From assembly GCA_040285825.1 (NCBI GenBank), contig JAUPSS010000003.1, forward strand, positions 3,038,001 through 3,102,000: a stretch of 64,000 nt of DNA, written 5' to 3'. The DNA comes from Eukaryota sp. TZLM1-RC. Lineage: Eukaryota > Protista > Metamonada: BaSk clade. The position numbers were made by a program, and so were the translations under genes. The notes beneath the pieces were generated by a model. That model worked only from the letters and a program-made list of their open reading frames with translations. It searched no databases and had not been told where the DNA came from. Shown piece after piece: positions 1-11,629 of the stretch (its first letter is position 1; every line of letters starts with the position of its first letter).

Positions 1-943
1 GAATGTGATACCGGATACTATGAAATCCTTTTGCTACATATTCACTGGTAAATGACCAAATCTATAGCCATTACGACAGTAGAATGAGACTTTACCGTGG
101 TATTTTTATTATAATTGTCATATAATGTTACATCATTTAAAGTTTTTTAATAACAAAAGAAATAAATGTGTTCTATACCTACCCCATATTCCAAAGCTTC
201 AATTTCGTGTACTTCAAACCTTCCTCTGCAACCACGATACACAACAGCTCCCAAATTCAGGGAGACAATGTATCCTGAGGAAGATTACAACAGGAACCAA
301 ATTATAGAGTCTAACAAACTAACAATTGAAAATGCAAACACCGAATTATCCGTGTTTGCTGCCAATTGAGCATCTTTTATAGATTTTTGGAACTTTGTGG
401 TTGTCAAACTTCGGCAAGTTTTGTTAACAATTGACTATTACAGTCTTGACATGTGGAGCATTCATGAAATGCACGCTTTTATTCATGGGCAAAAGACTGA
501 AAGTTGGTTGTTGAAAAACCTTGTTCAGCAGTATGGCAACCCAAAAGACACTTTAATACTAATGGGTGATTATGGTTAAAAAAGGTTCCAAGAATTTGAA
601 ACATCATGGATCTACTCGAGGTTGGATGGATTCAATTTCTGAAAAGAAATGAATATGCAGTATTGATGATTAATGAAGCTTTCACTTCAGCAAAATGTCC
701 CGTTTGTTTTGAAAAGGTTTCTATGTTTTTGATATTAACAAATCCCAGTTTATATAAGAGGGCAAAGACTCCAGTTACTACTTGTCATGGTTTATTAGCT
801 TGTAATAGTGAGAGTTGTAAATTCAGTAACAAAGACTCACAAGGCTTTTCATTAGAAATAACCCTGCTTGTCTGAATATGGCTGCAATTGCAGAAGCCAG
901 AATGAGTGGTAATGGAAGGCTTCAGTATCTGTGTAGTAGATAG
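1..943 (+). pseudogene. Fanzor1 (eukaryotic TnpB) remnant, C-terminal RuvC half (Fz-1)
   Basis: Stitched frames read PRYTTA..RET..ELS..GQKTESWLLKNL..YGNPKDTLILMGDY / INEAFTSAKCPVC..HGLLACNSESC / RLFIRNNPACLNM..GRLQYLC* (stop 941-943), i.e. Fanzor1 RuvC-II Glu, Zn finger and RuvC-III region. Contains stops and frameshifts; truncated by the window start. Confidence 0.85.
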
Positions 944-1069
944 TTTTTGTACTTATTTTTTTTAACTGAAATATTTATTGTAATTATTCGGCATGAAAAT
1001 TGATCATTTCGTATAAGGAATTTCCCATATTTAAAAATCTATCGCTTCTATTTGTTTAAATCTGTTCCG

Positions 1070-2035
1070 ATGTCTTCTGCAGCCAAACAACAAGTTGAGT
1101 TTTACTTCTCAGATTCCAACTTTATCAAGGACAAGTTTCTCTTATCATGTGCAGCTTCCAACCCCGAGGGATGGATACCCCTTGCCACCATCAATTCTTT
1201 CAACAGAATGAAGGCCCATGGTCTATCAGATGCTGAACTTGCCGACATCTTGGCCGATTCTGACACTGTTCAAGTCTCTGAAGATAAACTAAGTGTCCGA
1301 CGTATCCATCCTCTCCCTGAAAAAGATACCTCCAAAGAACGCTCAATCCGTGTCAAGCCTCTGCCCAGTGGCTCTACCATTGAATCTGTAACTGAAATGT
1401 TCTCCAAGTTTGGCAAGGTTCTCGCCGCTCGTCTTCGCAAGAACTTTATTAGTAACGAAAACGATGTCGCTATAGTGGAGTTTTCAACTGAAGAAGAAGC
1501 AAAGAAATGTCTAGAAAATAGTTCTGAACTTGGATTTGAAGCCCGTTTCGAAGCCTTCCCGGACTACTTGGAAAGAAAGAAGCAGAAATATGCTGACAGG
1601 AAGGCCAACCGATTAGCCGAGAAGCAGAAAGCCAAAGAAGGAAAGAAAGCATTGGTGGAAAAGGACCAAGATGATGGTGATTTGGAATATGTATCTGGAT
1701 GTGTTTTGAAGATGACAAACTTGCCTGAAACTTGCACCAGAGAGATTTTAGCAGATTTAGTTAGTCCCCATGGTAAAGTGGGATACATTGATTATTCAAA
1801 AGGAAAAACAGAAGCTTTGATCAGATTTAGCAATGTTGAAGTTGAAAATGTGGCACAGAAAGTAATGGAAAAGCTCATGGAGGATGCTGTCAAAATTGGT
1901 GAAAATTTGGTTGATTTTTCGGTTTTGGAAGGTGATGAAGAAGCTCTTTTCTATATTCAAGCTCGTGAACGTAAGGCTGAATTTAGAAAAAGTAGGAAGG
2001 GAGGAAAAGGAGATTCTAAGCGTTATAGACGTTAG
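1070..2035 (+). CDS. La autoantigen homolog (La motif, RRM1, RRM2)
   Basis: QQVEFYFSDSN..DKFL..GWIPL..I..FNRM La motif followed by two RRMs and a basic tail. First ATG at 1070. Confidence 0.93.
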   Translation: MSSAAKQQVEFYFSDSNFIKDKFLLSCAASNPEGWIPLATINSFNRMKAHGLSDAELADILADSDTVQVSEDKLSVRRIHPLPEKDTSKERSIRVKPLPSGSTIESVTEMFSKFGKVLAARLRKNFISNENDVAIVEFSTEEEAKKCLENSSELGFEARFEAFPDYLERKKQKYADRKANRLAEKQKAKEGKKALVEKDQDDGDLEYVSGCVLKMTNLPETCTREILADLVSPHGKVGYIDYSKGKTEALIRFSNVEVENVAQKVMEKLMEDAVKIGENLVDFSVLEGDEEALFYIQARERKAEFRKSRKGGKGDSKRYRR

Positions 2036-2109
2036 AACTTTAGTATTAGTCTTTTTTAGTCTTTAATAATTAATCAATCGTCACTAAACTTTTATAATTT
2101 CTTGATTAT

Positions 2110-4920
2110 CACAACATTATTTTGTTTTTCGTTTCTCAACAAAAGCTTCAATGTGATGACTTTTGCACATACCGTATAGTTGGTCTCTAACAGCTTTGTG
2201 AACAACTGAGTGATATGCATTATTGGATTTACAATTAAATAAATGATTCAGATTGACAAGCTGCCCACAACGACAAATCAAATCATTTGGCACACTGCAT
2301 GGCTACAGAAAACATCTCATCCTTAGGGCAGTTGTACATTGATGGTCATTCAACAATAAACCACAGACATTTGGAATGTGGGAAATGAGACAACTTGAGC
2401 TACTTTCCTTAAGATCAGTTGAAGAGTCAGCGAAAACGGGTTTTTTTCTTTAGCCACTCTAAAACTAACATTAAAATCCAAGTTCTCAAAAAAAAATTAA
2501 TAATTTTTTGCAATTTGGCGTATGTAGATCTCAAAAAAAAACCAAACTTCTGGTTGGAATTTCTTGAATATCGGCAGGAAAACATTTGAACCAGATGTGA
2601 GGAGAGAGGCATTCAATTTCATTCTGTAAAGAGACTCAATAATCACGTGTACAATAGACTATTCAATGTTGGTTTTCAGGAAGACGATTCCAAAATTCAA
2701 AAATGAAATTTTTGCCTCCACCAATGAATGTAGCTTTACACAAATATTTGGATTTGTGAACATCTAGGCCTCCCAATAGTGTGCTACAAAAAGTGAGACT
2801 ACGTAAAAAAGAAGAATCAATGTCAAGCATATTGGCGAAAAAAATTGTTCTTAATTCATTAACAGTTCTCCAAAACTCGAGAGATAAAGATGGTGAGGTT
2901 GATAGTAGGATATTAGTAATTTTTCCTGAATAACAAAATCTGAGAAAGTCAAATTTAAGATGTTTTTCAATATCTGAATGTGACAGAACAATGCGTTCCT
3001 CTTCAAAATTTTCCATAAGAGAGGAAAGATGATTTCGGATTTCATCAAAATTGCCTAAATAACAACCTAAAAAACGAAATCCTGATTCAAAACAGTTGAT
3101 AAAAGGATCAATTTGATTATCAATAACAGGTTCAGCAGGCTCTCCACCAACCGATCAACTTTTGGAAATATTGAGGGAAGGATCAATCTCATAATAGCAC
3201 TGTTGAACAATTCTAGCAATTGTTCTCAATGAAACAATTATTGAGATGTCATCCATATAAGCAGTTATATGAACATCTGGAAATTCTTGTTTTAGTTCAC
3301 TCATTTAAGGATGAATATCAAGGCACAAAAAGAAGGGACTTAATGGATAATTTTGTTTGACACCAGATGATGATATTAGATTGAATTCCTCATATACAAG
3401 TGTTGACTGTGTGCCATAAAAATTGTAGAAGAACGACTCAGCTTCCGGGATATGAGCTTGGAGGCAGGGTAAGATCGACGACCTCTTAACAGCATTAAAG
3501 GCGTTTTCAAAATCTAAATGTTTTTGCATTAAATGAAGAAATTTCCAAAATTGATGCAGAAAAATGGGGTCGATGTTTTCCCCAATCATTCAATGGCAAT
3601 ATTCCAGAAAAAATGTTTTAAATTTGAAGTACACTCTTCGAACATTACAGAAACGATTAACTGGACTGTATGAAAATGATCTTTATAATAATATATGCAG
3701 CTCGGCTGTTTTAAATCAAGATCTTCACTCATTGTTATTGGAAAAGGGTGTTTGTGATATTCAGTCATCAGATTCTTCACTTTTTGTAACTATTGTACCA
3801 CGAAGATTTGGATTGTGTGCCACTAATGAAGCTTTTGTAACAAAAATGAGATTAAGTTTGAATATCCCCATTAATTTATCAAAAGAAAAAAGTATTTGTA
3901 TGAATTCACCTCAACTCACTTTGCGCTATGCGCTGAATTGTTCTAAATTGATAACTTATCGTTCTTCATTACATAATGCTGTTAGAGACATTGTTTTCAA
4001 TATGGCACAAACTGCAAGAATACCGTGTATCAAAGAGCCTCTGCTGAAGGAAACACTTTCTCTGAATAATTTTGGTTCTGATGATAGAGGTGATGGATAC
4101 TGTGATTGGATTGATAATTCTGAAACTATTGTTGACTCTGTCTCATGTAATGTTGCAAATAATACTTTGGTTCACAGCAGAAAACTTAATCCTGTGAGTG
4201 CTCTTGATTTTAAAGCAAAAGAGAAACATAGAAAATATGATAAAGTTATTGAAGAGGCTAATGTCGATAGAAATACACAGCTAGTCTTTATTGCTTTCCC
4301 ATTTTCGATAAATGGAAGATTATCAGTTGAAGCAGAAACTTTTTTGAATGACTTCCAAAAAATGGTGCAAGAAAAAACAATGAAAAGATTTGATATATTT
4401 TGATGGCGTTCACGGATTCAATTTGCCATTATTAATAGATTACGACGGTTTTTCAATCAAATAAGAGAAGCTTTAGCTAGACAGCAAGCAGATCAAGATT
4501 TTGTAGAGGAAATCTTGGTTTAATGATAGTCGTCCCATTAGTATTGAGTTAATTTAATTAAGTGTGCAAATTCAATAAATACAAAAAATAATCTAAATTA
4601 AAAATATAATTTGAATTAAAAAAACAAATAAAGAGAGTGCCGCAGAAGATGCTCCATCAACTGTTTCAATTCCAAATTGAAAAGGACTAAAAAAATATTT
4701 AGCTTTTTTACCAATTCTACCCAACACGGCTGAAGCAAGAATACGAAATAAAGATTCCCCTATTGCAATTTGTCTTATTTTCGATTCGTTCTTTTTTAAA
4801 GCAATCAACCGTGAACTTGACGTTTCATTGGGACACTTCATTTTCAAGCTTAATATTTGATTGAAAAATGAGACCAAATCATCAATACATTCAGGACATT
4901 GGTTCATCGTTGAAGTCAGT
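2110..4920 (-). mobile_element. Degenerate CRE-like RLE non-LTR retrotransposon (family C-like), split by the 3520-4589 insertion
   Basis: RLIALKK..IRQIAIGE..QFGI, (NLD|)FENAFN, SSGVKQ, AYMDD, FIGGGKNF, CxC..H..C motifs in several frames. Confidence 0.8.
3520..4589 (+). mobile_element. 5'-truncated RLE non-LTR retrotransposon (family B), nested antisense in the family C element
   Basis: LNCSKL..RSSLHNAVRD..KEP..DDRGD..KEKHRKY RLE domain, A-rich tail, 9-bp TSD AATCTAAAT at 3511-3519 and 4590-4598. Confidence 0.85.
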
Positions 4921-5106
4921 ATTGGAAATCTGAACGCTTGAAATTTAGTTAGGGCGCACTAGTTGGGTTAGTTAGGCAGATATAGATATTTATTTTTGCT
5001 GTGTAGTTTTTTGAATCATTAAATAAAATTAATTTAAAAAAATCTGGGATAATGGTTTTATTTTATCAACCATGATTGGGAAATTCCAAGATTCAGTTAC
5101 TAGCTG

Positions 5107-6363
5107 ATGTCAACGTCGCTACCTATCATCAAACCATCACTAAAGCGAACTCAACATTCTTCACCACATGTACCTTTCTCTGAGTGTCTCTCTTCATCAA
5201 AGTATTTCAATGAAACTTCTACACACACCCCTCCGTCCATAGCCTCCACCACAACCCCCAAATCAGCTCTGACATCTTTTCTCAACAAGTCTCGTATACG
5301 TTCTTTCTGGCGTACTAAAGCCATTCCGCAGCAGAATGTTACTAATGAAGACCGCGAGCTGTTTTTCAAACAACACGTTCATTCAGTCTCCCAAGCCGAA
5401 CAATTTGACCTTTCCTTTACCAAATCCAATGACAGATTACTGCAGCAAATTCTCAACAGGAAAGAAAAAATTCAACAGGAATGGGATGAAATTCAAATAC
5501 AAACCAAGCTATTGTTTGAGCAAGCGTTGAAAGAAGAAAAAGGAAGGATCTGTAGGTCTAAAATCGACGTAACGTCTTTGACTGAGGAAGAATATCACGT
5601 TTACAATCACGCCATGAACTCTGGAAGGCGGCAACTATTGTTTAACGCGGAATTGTCTTGTTATGATTTTCTCACTCTTCATGATGGAAATTGGCTTAAT
5701 GACGAGGTGGTAAATGGTTATTTTAAATTAATTCAATTAAGATCTGAAACAGAAAATGATTTACCAAAAGTTTATTCTTTTAATTCATATTTTTATCCAA
5801 AATTACAAAAGAATTATTCATATAAAAATGTAAAAAGATGGACCAAAAAAGTTGATCTCTTCTCTTTTGACAAAATTTTGATCCCGTGTCACCTTGGCAA
5901 TCACTGGACTCTACTCGTCATTGATCTCTACTCGTCTGAGTTCCAATATTTCGACTCAATGGGTGGTTTTGGAGAAGTTGTCATTAGTAAGGTAAAGAAA
6001 TACCTTCAAGACGAGCACAAAGAACGAAAAGGGAAACCTCTCGACATTAAACAGTTTAAAACTGTTTCTCCTGGTCCAATGTGTCCCTCCCAAACTAACT
6101 GTGACGATTGTGGAGTATTTATGTCCATGTTTGCGGAGTGTAGTAGTAGAAACGAACCATTGCCCTTTAGTAGTTCTGTAACCTCCAAGAGAATGTCGTT
6201 TTTTAGAAAAAGAATGGTAGTTGAGTTGATGGTTGGACGACTGCGGAATTCTTCCAATTATGACGAGGAGCTTAAAAAGACCCTAGTAGGTCTTAATCAA
6301 TCAAGTGAAGATTCTGTCTGTGAAAGTGATTCTGATTTTAGTGATTTGGAAATTTTGGAATAG
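5107..6363 (+). CDS. Ulp1/SENP SUMO-specific cysteine protease (C48)
   Basis: WLNDEVVN, FNSYFY, VKRWT, HLGNHW, YFDSMG and QTNCDDCGVF catalytic triad motifs. Confidence 0.93.
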   Translation: MSTSLPIIKPSLKRTQHSSPHVPFSECLSSSKYFNETSTHTPPSIASTTTPKSALTSFLNKSRIRSFWRTKAIPQQNVTNEDRELFFKQHVHSVSQAEQFDLSFTKSNDRLLQQILNRKEKIQQEWDEIQIQTKLLFEQALKEEKGRICRSKIDVTSLTEEEYHVYNHAMNSGRRQLLFNAELSCYDFLTLHDGNWLNDEVVNGYFKLIQLRSETENDLPKVYSFNSYFYPKLQKNYSYKNVKRWTKKVDLFSFDKILIPCHLGNHWTLLVIDLYSSEFQYFDSMGGFGEVVISKVKKYLQDEHKERKGKPLDIKQFKTVSPGPMCPSQTNCDDCGVFMSMFAECSSRNEPLPFSSSVTSKRMSFFRKRMVVELMVGRLRNSSNYDEELKKTLVGLNQSSEDSVCESDSDFSDLEILE

Positions 6364-6555
6364 CTTTTAATTTGGGATTTGCCTTCTTTTTTGTGCTTTT
6401 TACTATTTCAGGGTTTAATGTTTCAAAAATTGTTCATATACAAATATCAGAATTTAAAAAAATTATTTAAAAGCTATTTCTTTACACTAAAATGTTTATG
6501 AATAATAAATAAATACATAATTACATACCAAAATACCTTAAAACTAGATCAAAAA

Positions 6556-9120
6556 TCACCTACTTTTGGACCCTACACAGACGGGACACCTATCTTTAAT
6601 CGACACACATGAAGAATGAACTACATGTGAACAGAAGAAAACTATAGCAGAAGAACTATTCATGATTCCGGATTGACAAACTACACATTTAGCACCTTCC
6701 TTCACTCCAACTCCAGCCATTGTAGATGTTACCAGGACCTTTGACAAAGAAAGAGAGTCAGAAGAAACAAGATCAGAACACCCTTTTGCCAGCGACACCT
6801 GAGTTTTGTAATCAGCAAATATCTTGGATAATAACAAGGGAAGACCACTTATATGCAAATCGGGAGGTATTCTCGAAATAATTCTTGAAGGGTTAATGTG
6901 AACTCCACAATAGGAAAGTAGATAACTGACAAGTTCCTGATCGACTGGAACGTTATCAATCACACAACTAATAAGGTCATCCCACAAGTCGTCTTCATTT
7001 TGGTCTAGAATGAACTCAATTGCGTACTTGACATCCCTCAATGAGTTGATGATCAATTCAAGTGCCCTCTTGGAAGAGCCCATTCTACCTAGCACAAAGA
7101 CTAATTCACGATGTAAGTTGTAACTTTCGCAGACTTCTAAGGCCTTGTTGAGAGGGTAAAACGAACTTTGTTTCAGGAAAGGAAGTAATTTTGAAGGTAA
7201 ATGTCTTGCATAAAGTTCTAATTGTAGGCCATGGTAGTCTTTTCCAATAGTAATACCACCTTTTGCCTCGAATAACGTGTGTAAATACTCAAAAAGTGCA
7301 CGTTCGCTTGATTCTAACCGGGTAACTATTTGATTGATTGATACTTGATTATTCCTGGTTGCCGTTACCAACAAATCAATCGTGCTCTTTCCATCAATCA
7401 TCCACAAATCAATCACGTGATCCATGACGTGATCATTTTGAACCCCATTTAGATCCTTAATAAGCTCAACAACCATAGGATCCTTGAGTTGAATCAGCAG
7501 AACAGAAGCCTTTGTCACATTACCTTCACGTAAGTAAAGTCTGGCCAATAGTTTCTTCAAGGTATTCAACACTTCCAGATCTGCACATTTTTTAATTCGC
7601 TTTGTCACTACTCCTTTAATTGGAGTAATATTAAATAAATGCGGTGGCCATTTTTCTAATAATTCAATAGCAGACTTACAAAATTCACTATTGCCGCTAT
7701 TAACTGAACACTCCACTAGTGAAGTGAGAACGGACTCGTAAACTTCGCTAAATAGATAAAGAGAATCACTAAATGGAAGCTCGCCTCCAACTACAACCAC
7801 GGCTTCCCCGCCAGCAGCACAAGCTCTTTCGCAAAGTGACTGCCATGACGCGATAGTTTCCTTTGACGTTAGATGGGGGTCGGGAAGTGAGTAAAGAACC
7901 TCACAACCCCCTATCCAATCCCTTCTGGCAGCCTTGCTGACGGCATAGAGGCCAGCTATACGTGAAGGGGATAAAGAACGAAGCATTGCAGAATGTTCAA
8001 TAGAGAGGGACAGTGCAACTTCGAATTCATCATTGTCGACCAACCATCTAATATGATCATCTACATCACGAGGTCTTCCAATGATGATATCCCGTGGAGA
8101 GACAAGAAACAAACATTGTTCGGTGTAATTACAGTCTGAATCTCTAAAGGCTGATACCATTGAGAAGTCCTTGGCAACATAATGTTCAAAACCAACGACT
8201 TCAAGGGCATCATTGGACACTTCATCAGTTGAATCAATTGATGTAATAATAAGTTCTGGAGGTTCACCTGGTTCATAGTGAGTGAAGAGAGCAATGAGGT
8301 TAGGTAATTCGGGATCAACATAAGGGACGATTCCACAAATGAAATTTTCAAATGAGAGTGACGAGTGGAGCTCAACCACTTTCGAGCTCGGATCATGAGG
8401 GTTGTCAAGCGAAATTGTCAAAATTTTGACTGTCCGACCAAAAGAAATCAACAACTTGCCTTCCATCCAGCAAAGAACAGTTGCACAGGCATCAGGAGGA
8501 GGTCCACGTGGACGGTCAATGTGAGTCAAGCGTTGATTAGTGGTGACGTCATAAATTTTGACCCCCATGTCATTTGCCCAGGCAACTAGATCACCATTCC
8601 AGGAAAGTGAGTGAATTGTACCTTGACCAGAGTGTAACACTGTATCTTTTGATCTAAAAAACCCTCTGGTATTAAAAACAACCTGTCCAGCCAATCCCCC
8701 CGTCAGAAAGTTACGATTGGTGCCAGTTCCAAAGTTAGGATCAAGCGTAAGTGATTTAAGGGCTCCTCGGTAAGAGAAGGTGAGTTTTTCCGACGAATGT
8801 ACAGCTCTTATGAGGACTTTACCGTCTTCACCACAGGATGCTATAAAATCTCCAGAGTTAGAGATAACGGTACAGTTAACAGGGCCGTCATGTTGAAGAA
8901 AAGGTGGAGGTAGTTGATCAGGTGTTATGGAAGACTGTCCTGAAGGATCTATAGCATTACCTACTACGTCTGTTATGTAGACAGCTCCATTACGTGTACC
9001 AAGAGCTAAGAATTTGTCATGAGCACCTAGAGCAGTTGCAAAGTCATTTTCGAAGATAAGACTGATAGACTCGCCAAGCCTCTGGTACTTGAGTTTGGGC
9101 TCAACAGGCTCGTCTGACAT
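6556..9120 (-). CDS. VPS41: Vps41 (HOPS subunit): WD40, clathrin repeat, RING-H2
   Basis: EPKLKYQRL N-terminus, WANDMGVKIYD, PRDVDDHIRWL, LLPFLKQSSFYPL, ELVFVLGRMG, C-terminal CxxC..FFCSH..H..C..CPVC. Confidence 0.92.
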   Translation of the reverse strand: MSDEPVEPKLKYQRLGESISLIFENDFATALGAHDKFLALGTRNGAVYITDVVGNAIDPSGQSSITPDQLPPPFLQHDGPVNCTVISNSGDFIASCGEDGKVLIRAVHSSEKLTFSYRGALKSLTLDPNFGTGTNRNFLTGGLAGQVVFNTRGFFRSKDTVLHSGQGTIHSLSWNGDLVAWANDMGVKIYDVTTNQRLTHIDRPRGPPPDACATVLCWMEGKLLISFGRTVKILTISLDNPHDPSSKVVELHSSLSFENFICGIVPYVDPELPNLIALFTHYEPGEPPELIITSIDSTDEVSNDALEVVGFEHYVAKDFSMVSAFRDSDCNYTEQCLFLVSPRDIIIGRPRDVDDHIRWLVDNDEFEVALSLSIEHSAMLRSLSPSRIAGLYAVSKAARRDWIGGCEVLYSLPDPHLTSKETIASWQSLCERACAAGGEAVVVVGGELPFSDSLYLFSEVYESVLTSLVECSVNSGNSEFCKSAIELLEKWPPHLFNITPIKGVVTKRIKKCADLEVLNTLKKLLARLYLREGNVTKASVLLIQLKDPMVVELIKDLNGVQNDHVMDHVIDLWMIDGKSTIDLLVTATRNNQVSINQIVTRLESSERALFEYLHTLFEAKGGITIGKDYHGLQLELYARHLPSKLLPFLKQSSFYPLNKALEVCESYNLHRELVFVLGRMGSSKRALELIINSLRDVKYAIEFILDQNEDDLWDDLISCVIDNVPVDQELVSYLLSYCGVHINPSRIISRIPPDLHISGLPLLLSKIFADYKTQVSLAKGCSDLVSSDSLSLSKVLVTSTMAGVGVKEGAKCVVCQSGIMNSSSAIVFFCSHVVHSSCVSIKDRCPVCVGSKSR

Positions 9121-9186
9121 CAGCTACAGAGTTGATTGGTGAGGAATTGATGACGGATTGAACTTAAGATTCAACATTCTCATTTT

Positions 9187-11034
9187 ATGGAAAATCATCC
9201 ACATTGGTCTATGAAAACTTTGACCTGCTTTCGTCTTCAGGTGTTAAACAAGGTGATCCACTTGGTCCTTTTTTCTTTTGTCTGGCAATTCATCCATTAA
9301 TGTGCGAATTGAAAGAAAAATTCCCAGAAATAGATATTGTAGCATATATGGATGACATTTCTGTAATTGCTCCTATTACAATTCTGAAACAAATAGCAAC
9401 TTTTATTCAACAGCGTTATGAAGATATTGGTCTCTCATTGAATATCTCCAAATGTTTGATTATTGGCCATGAAGCAATTGATTTTTTCATTAATGGTGTC
9501 ATTGTCCCCTTTATCAATTATGATCAGTCTGGTTTTCGTTTTTTGGGTTGTTATCTCGGAAATATTGATGAAGTCAAAGGCCAACTTTCGACTCTGTTGA
9601 CTCATTCTGGAAATGAATTAGAATCAATAGAAAATTTTAAATATTGAAAAACATTTAAAATTCTTTTTCCTAAAAATTTGTTATTCGGGAAAATTTTCTC
9701 ATATTTTGAGATCAACTTCACCATCAATTTCTTTGGAATTTTGTCCAATTTTCAATGAACAAAGAACCATTTTTTTAGCAAAATTATTGGAAATTGATGC
9801 ATTTCAGTTACGAAGCCACATTTTTTGTGGTACAAATTTTGGTGGTTTTGATTTTCATAAATCAAGCTACCTTTGTAAAGCTGCCTTTATTGGAGGTGGT
9901 AAAAATTTTATTTATGAATGAATCGCTTTCCAGAAAAAATTGATCTCATTGAAAATTGTGACAGCTCATATTTTATTTTTTTGCAACAGGAAATTGAAAC
10001 TCTTTCACCCAATATTATGGTCTAAATGTTTCCCCTCTGATATTGTGAAACTCCTCCAAGAAGCTTGCTCTCCTTACCACTGACTTTTGCAAAATTGCAG
10101 AAAAAAATCTTGAAAGTTTTAGAAAAGTTGTATAATACTGTACGTCTTAGCTTGGCTAAAGAAAAAAATCCCGTTTTTGCAAACTTTTTGATTGATCTTA
10201 AAGACAGTTGCTCAAGTTGCCTAATCTCCCAAATTCCCAATATTTATGGCCTTCTACTTAATGATCACCAATGGACCACTGCAATGAGAATGAGATGTTT
10301 TCTATGGCCTTGTTCATTACCAAATGATTTAATTTGTCGCTGCAAGAGTGTTGTTACGCTTTCCCATATTTAAACTGTAAGTATTTTATAACTTATCGCT
10401 CAATTGTTCATGACTCAGTTCGTGATCAATTATATGCCATGTGCAAAAGTTTCAATATAGAGGCATTGATTGAGCCACTAGTACGTAAGCTGTCTTCAGA
10501 TCAAACTGATGATTCCTTTGGTAAAAGAAGGGCAGATTTAGTAGCCTCAGGGATCGATGGTGTTCTCAATGTTGTAGATGTTGTCTCAGATGTTTGCAAA
10601 AATTCTGCTGCTCGTTTAGTGTATTCCGCTGATTCGCCGTTATCTAACGCCGAAAAAAAGAAGATAAAAAATATGAAGAACCTTTGGCACAGTTAGGTAG
10701 AGTGGAACATGTGAAATATCAGTTTGTGCCGTTTGCAATTTCTCTTTTTGGCAATATTGGACCTTCAGGGTTGCACTTTTTTGAAAATTTTAAAAAAGTG
10801 TTACTGAATAGGTCTGGTAAAACAATGAACTCCACTTTCTGGTTAAATAGAATTATTTTTTGCATTTTCAAGTCTATTCCAACAATGAATTCAAATGCAC
10901 TTTTAGCTATTGGTGTAGAATATGAACGTAATGCTGTGAGTAGGTTCAGTAATAGTGACGCTTGTTTGGAGGATATAGAATTCTAGATGGGTTTTTTTAT
11001 CTCAATAAATATTCCAGTTTTAAAAAAAACAAAA
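9187..11034 (+). mobile_element. 5'-truncated CRE-like RLE non-LTR retrotransposon (family C)
   Basis: GVKQGDPLGP, AYMDD, CxC..H.LNC, HDSVRD, EP, RRAD RLE motifs; poly(A) tail; 14-bp TSD AACATTCTCATTTT at 9173-9186 and 11035-11048. Confidence 0.9.
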
Positions 11035-11629
11035 AACATTCTCATTTTGGGATTCCGAAAATAATCTTTATGACAAAAGTCCGAATCAATTGCAATAATT
11101 CAAGAATTAAGTCGTAATTCAAGAATTTTATTGTAAAGAATTCTGTGTTAGAGAGCAATTGCAAGACCGACTACTGGAATTCCAAATTTCGCAATTTCTG
11201 GAATAAAGGAATTGAAATGTATAGATTGAACCATCCCATTTGGGAGAAAGTCTTTGTTAACCACCTCAATTTATCACCTTTTGTCACATTTAGGTTGTAC
11301 AATTGAACGCTAGATCCATTATAGTTGAAAAAATACTTGAGTATTGACCAAATTAGCGTTTTTTTGTCTTGGTTGCAGCTGAAAAGGTTGTTCAGCGAGA
11401 ATTTTTATTAATATTGTCGAAACAACTTTGTGCTAGGCAAATGGTTTAATTTTTCCGAATTAAATCGTGTTTAAATAAACAGTTATAAATTCTAGAGTAA
11501 AAGGAAATATTCTAAAATTTGATCTTCTTTTTTAAATGGAGGTGAAATACATCGCATTTATTTTACGAATATATTGTTATCAATCCTAACTGAATCAACT
11601 GAAGATCGGCGGTATTCTTCTTCTTCTAA

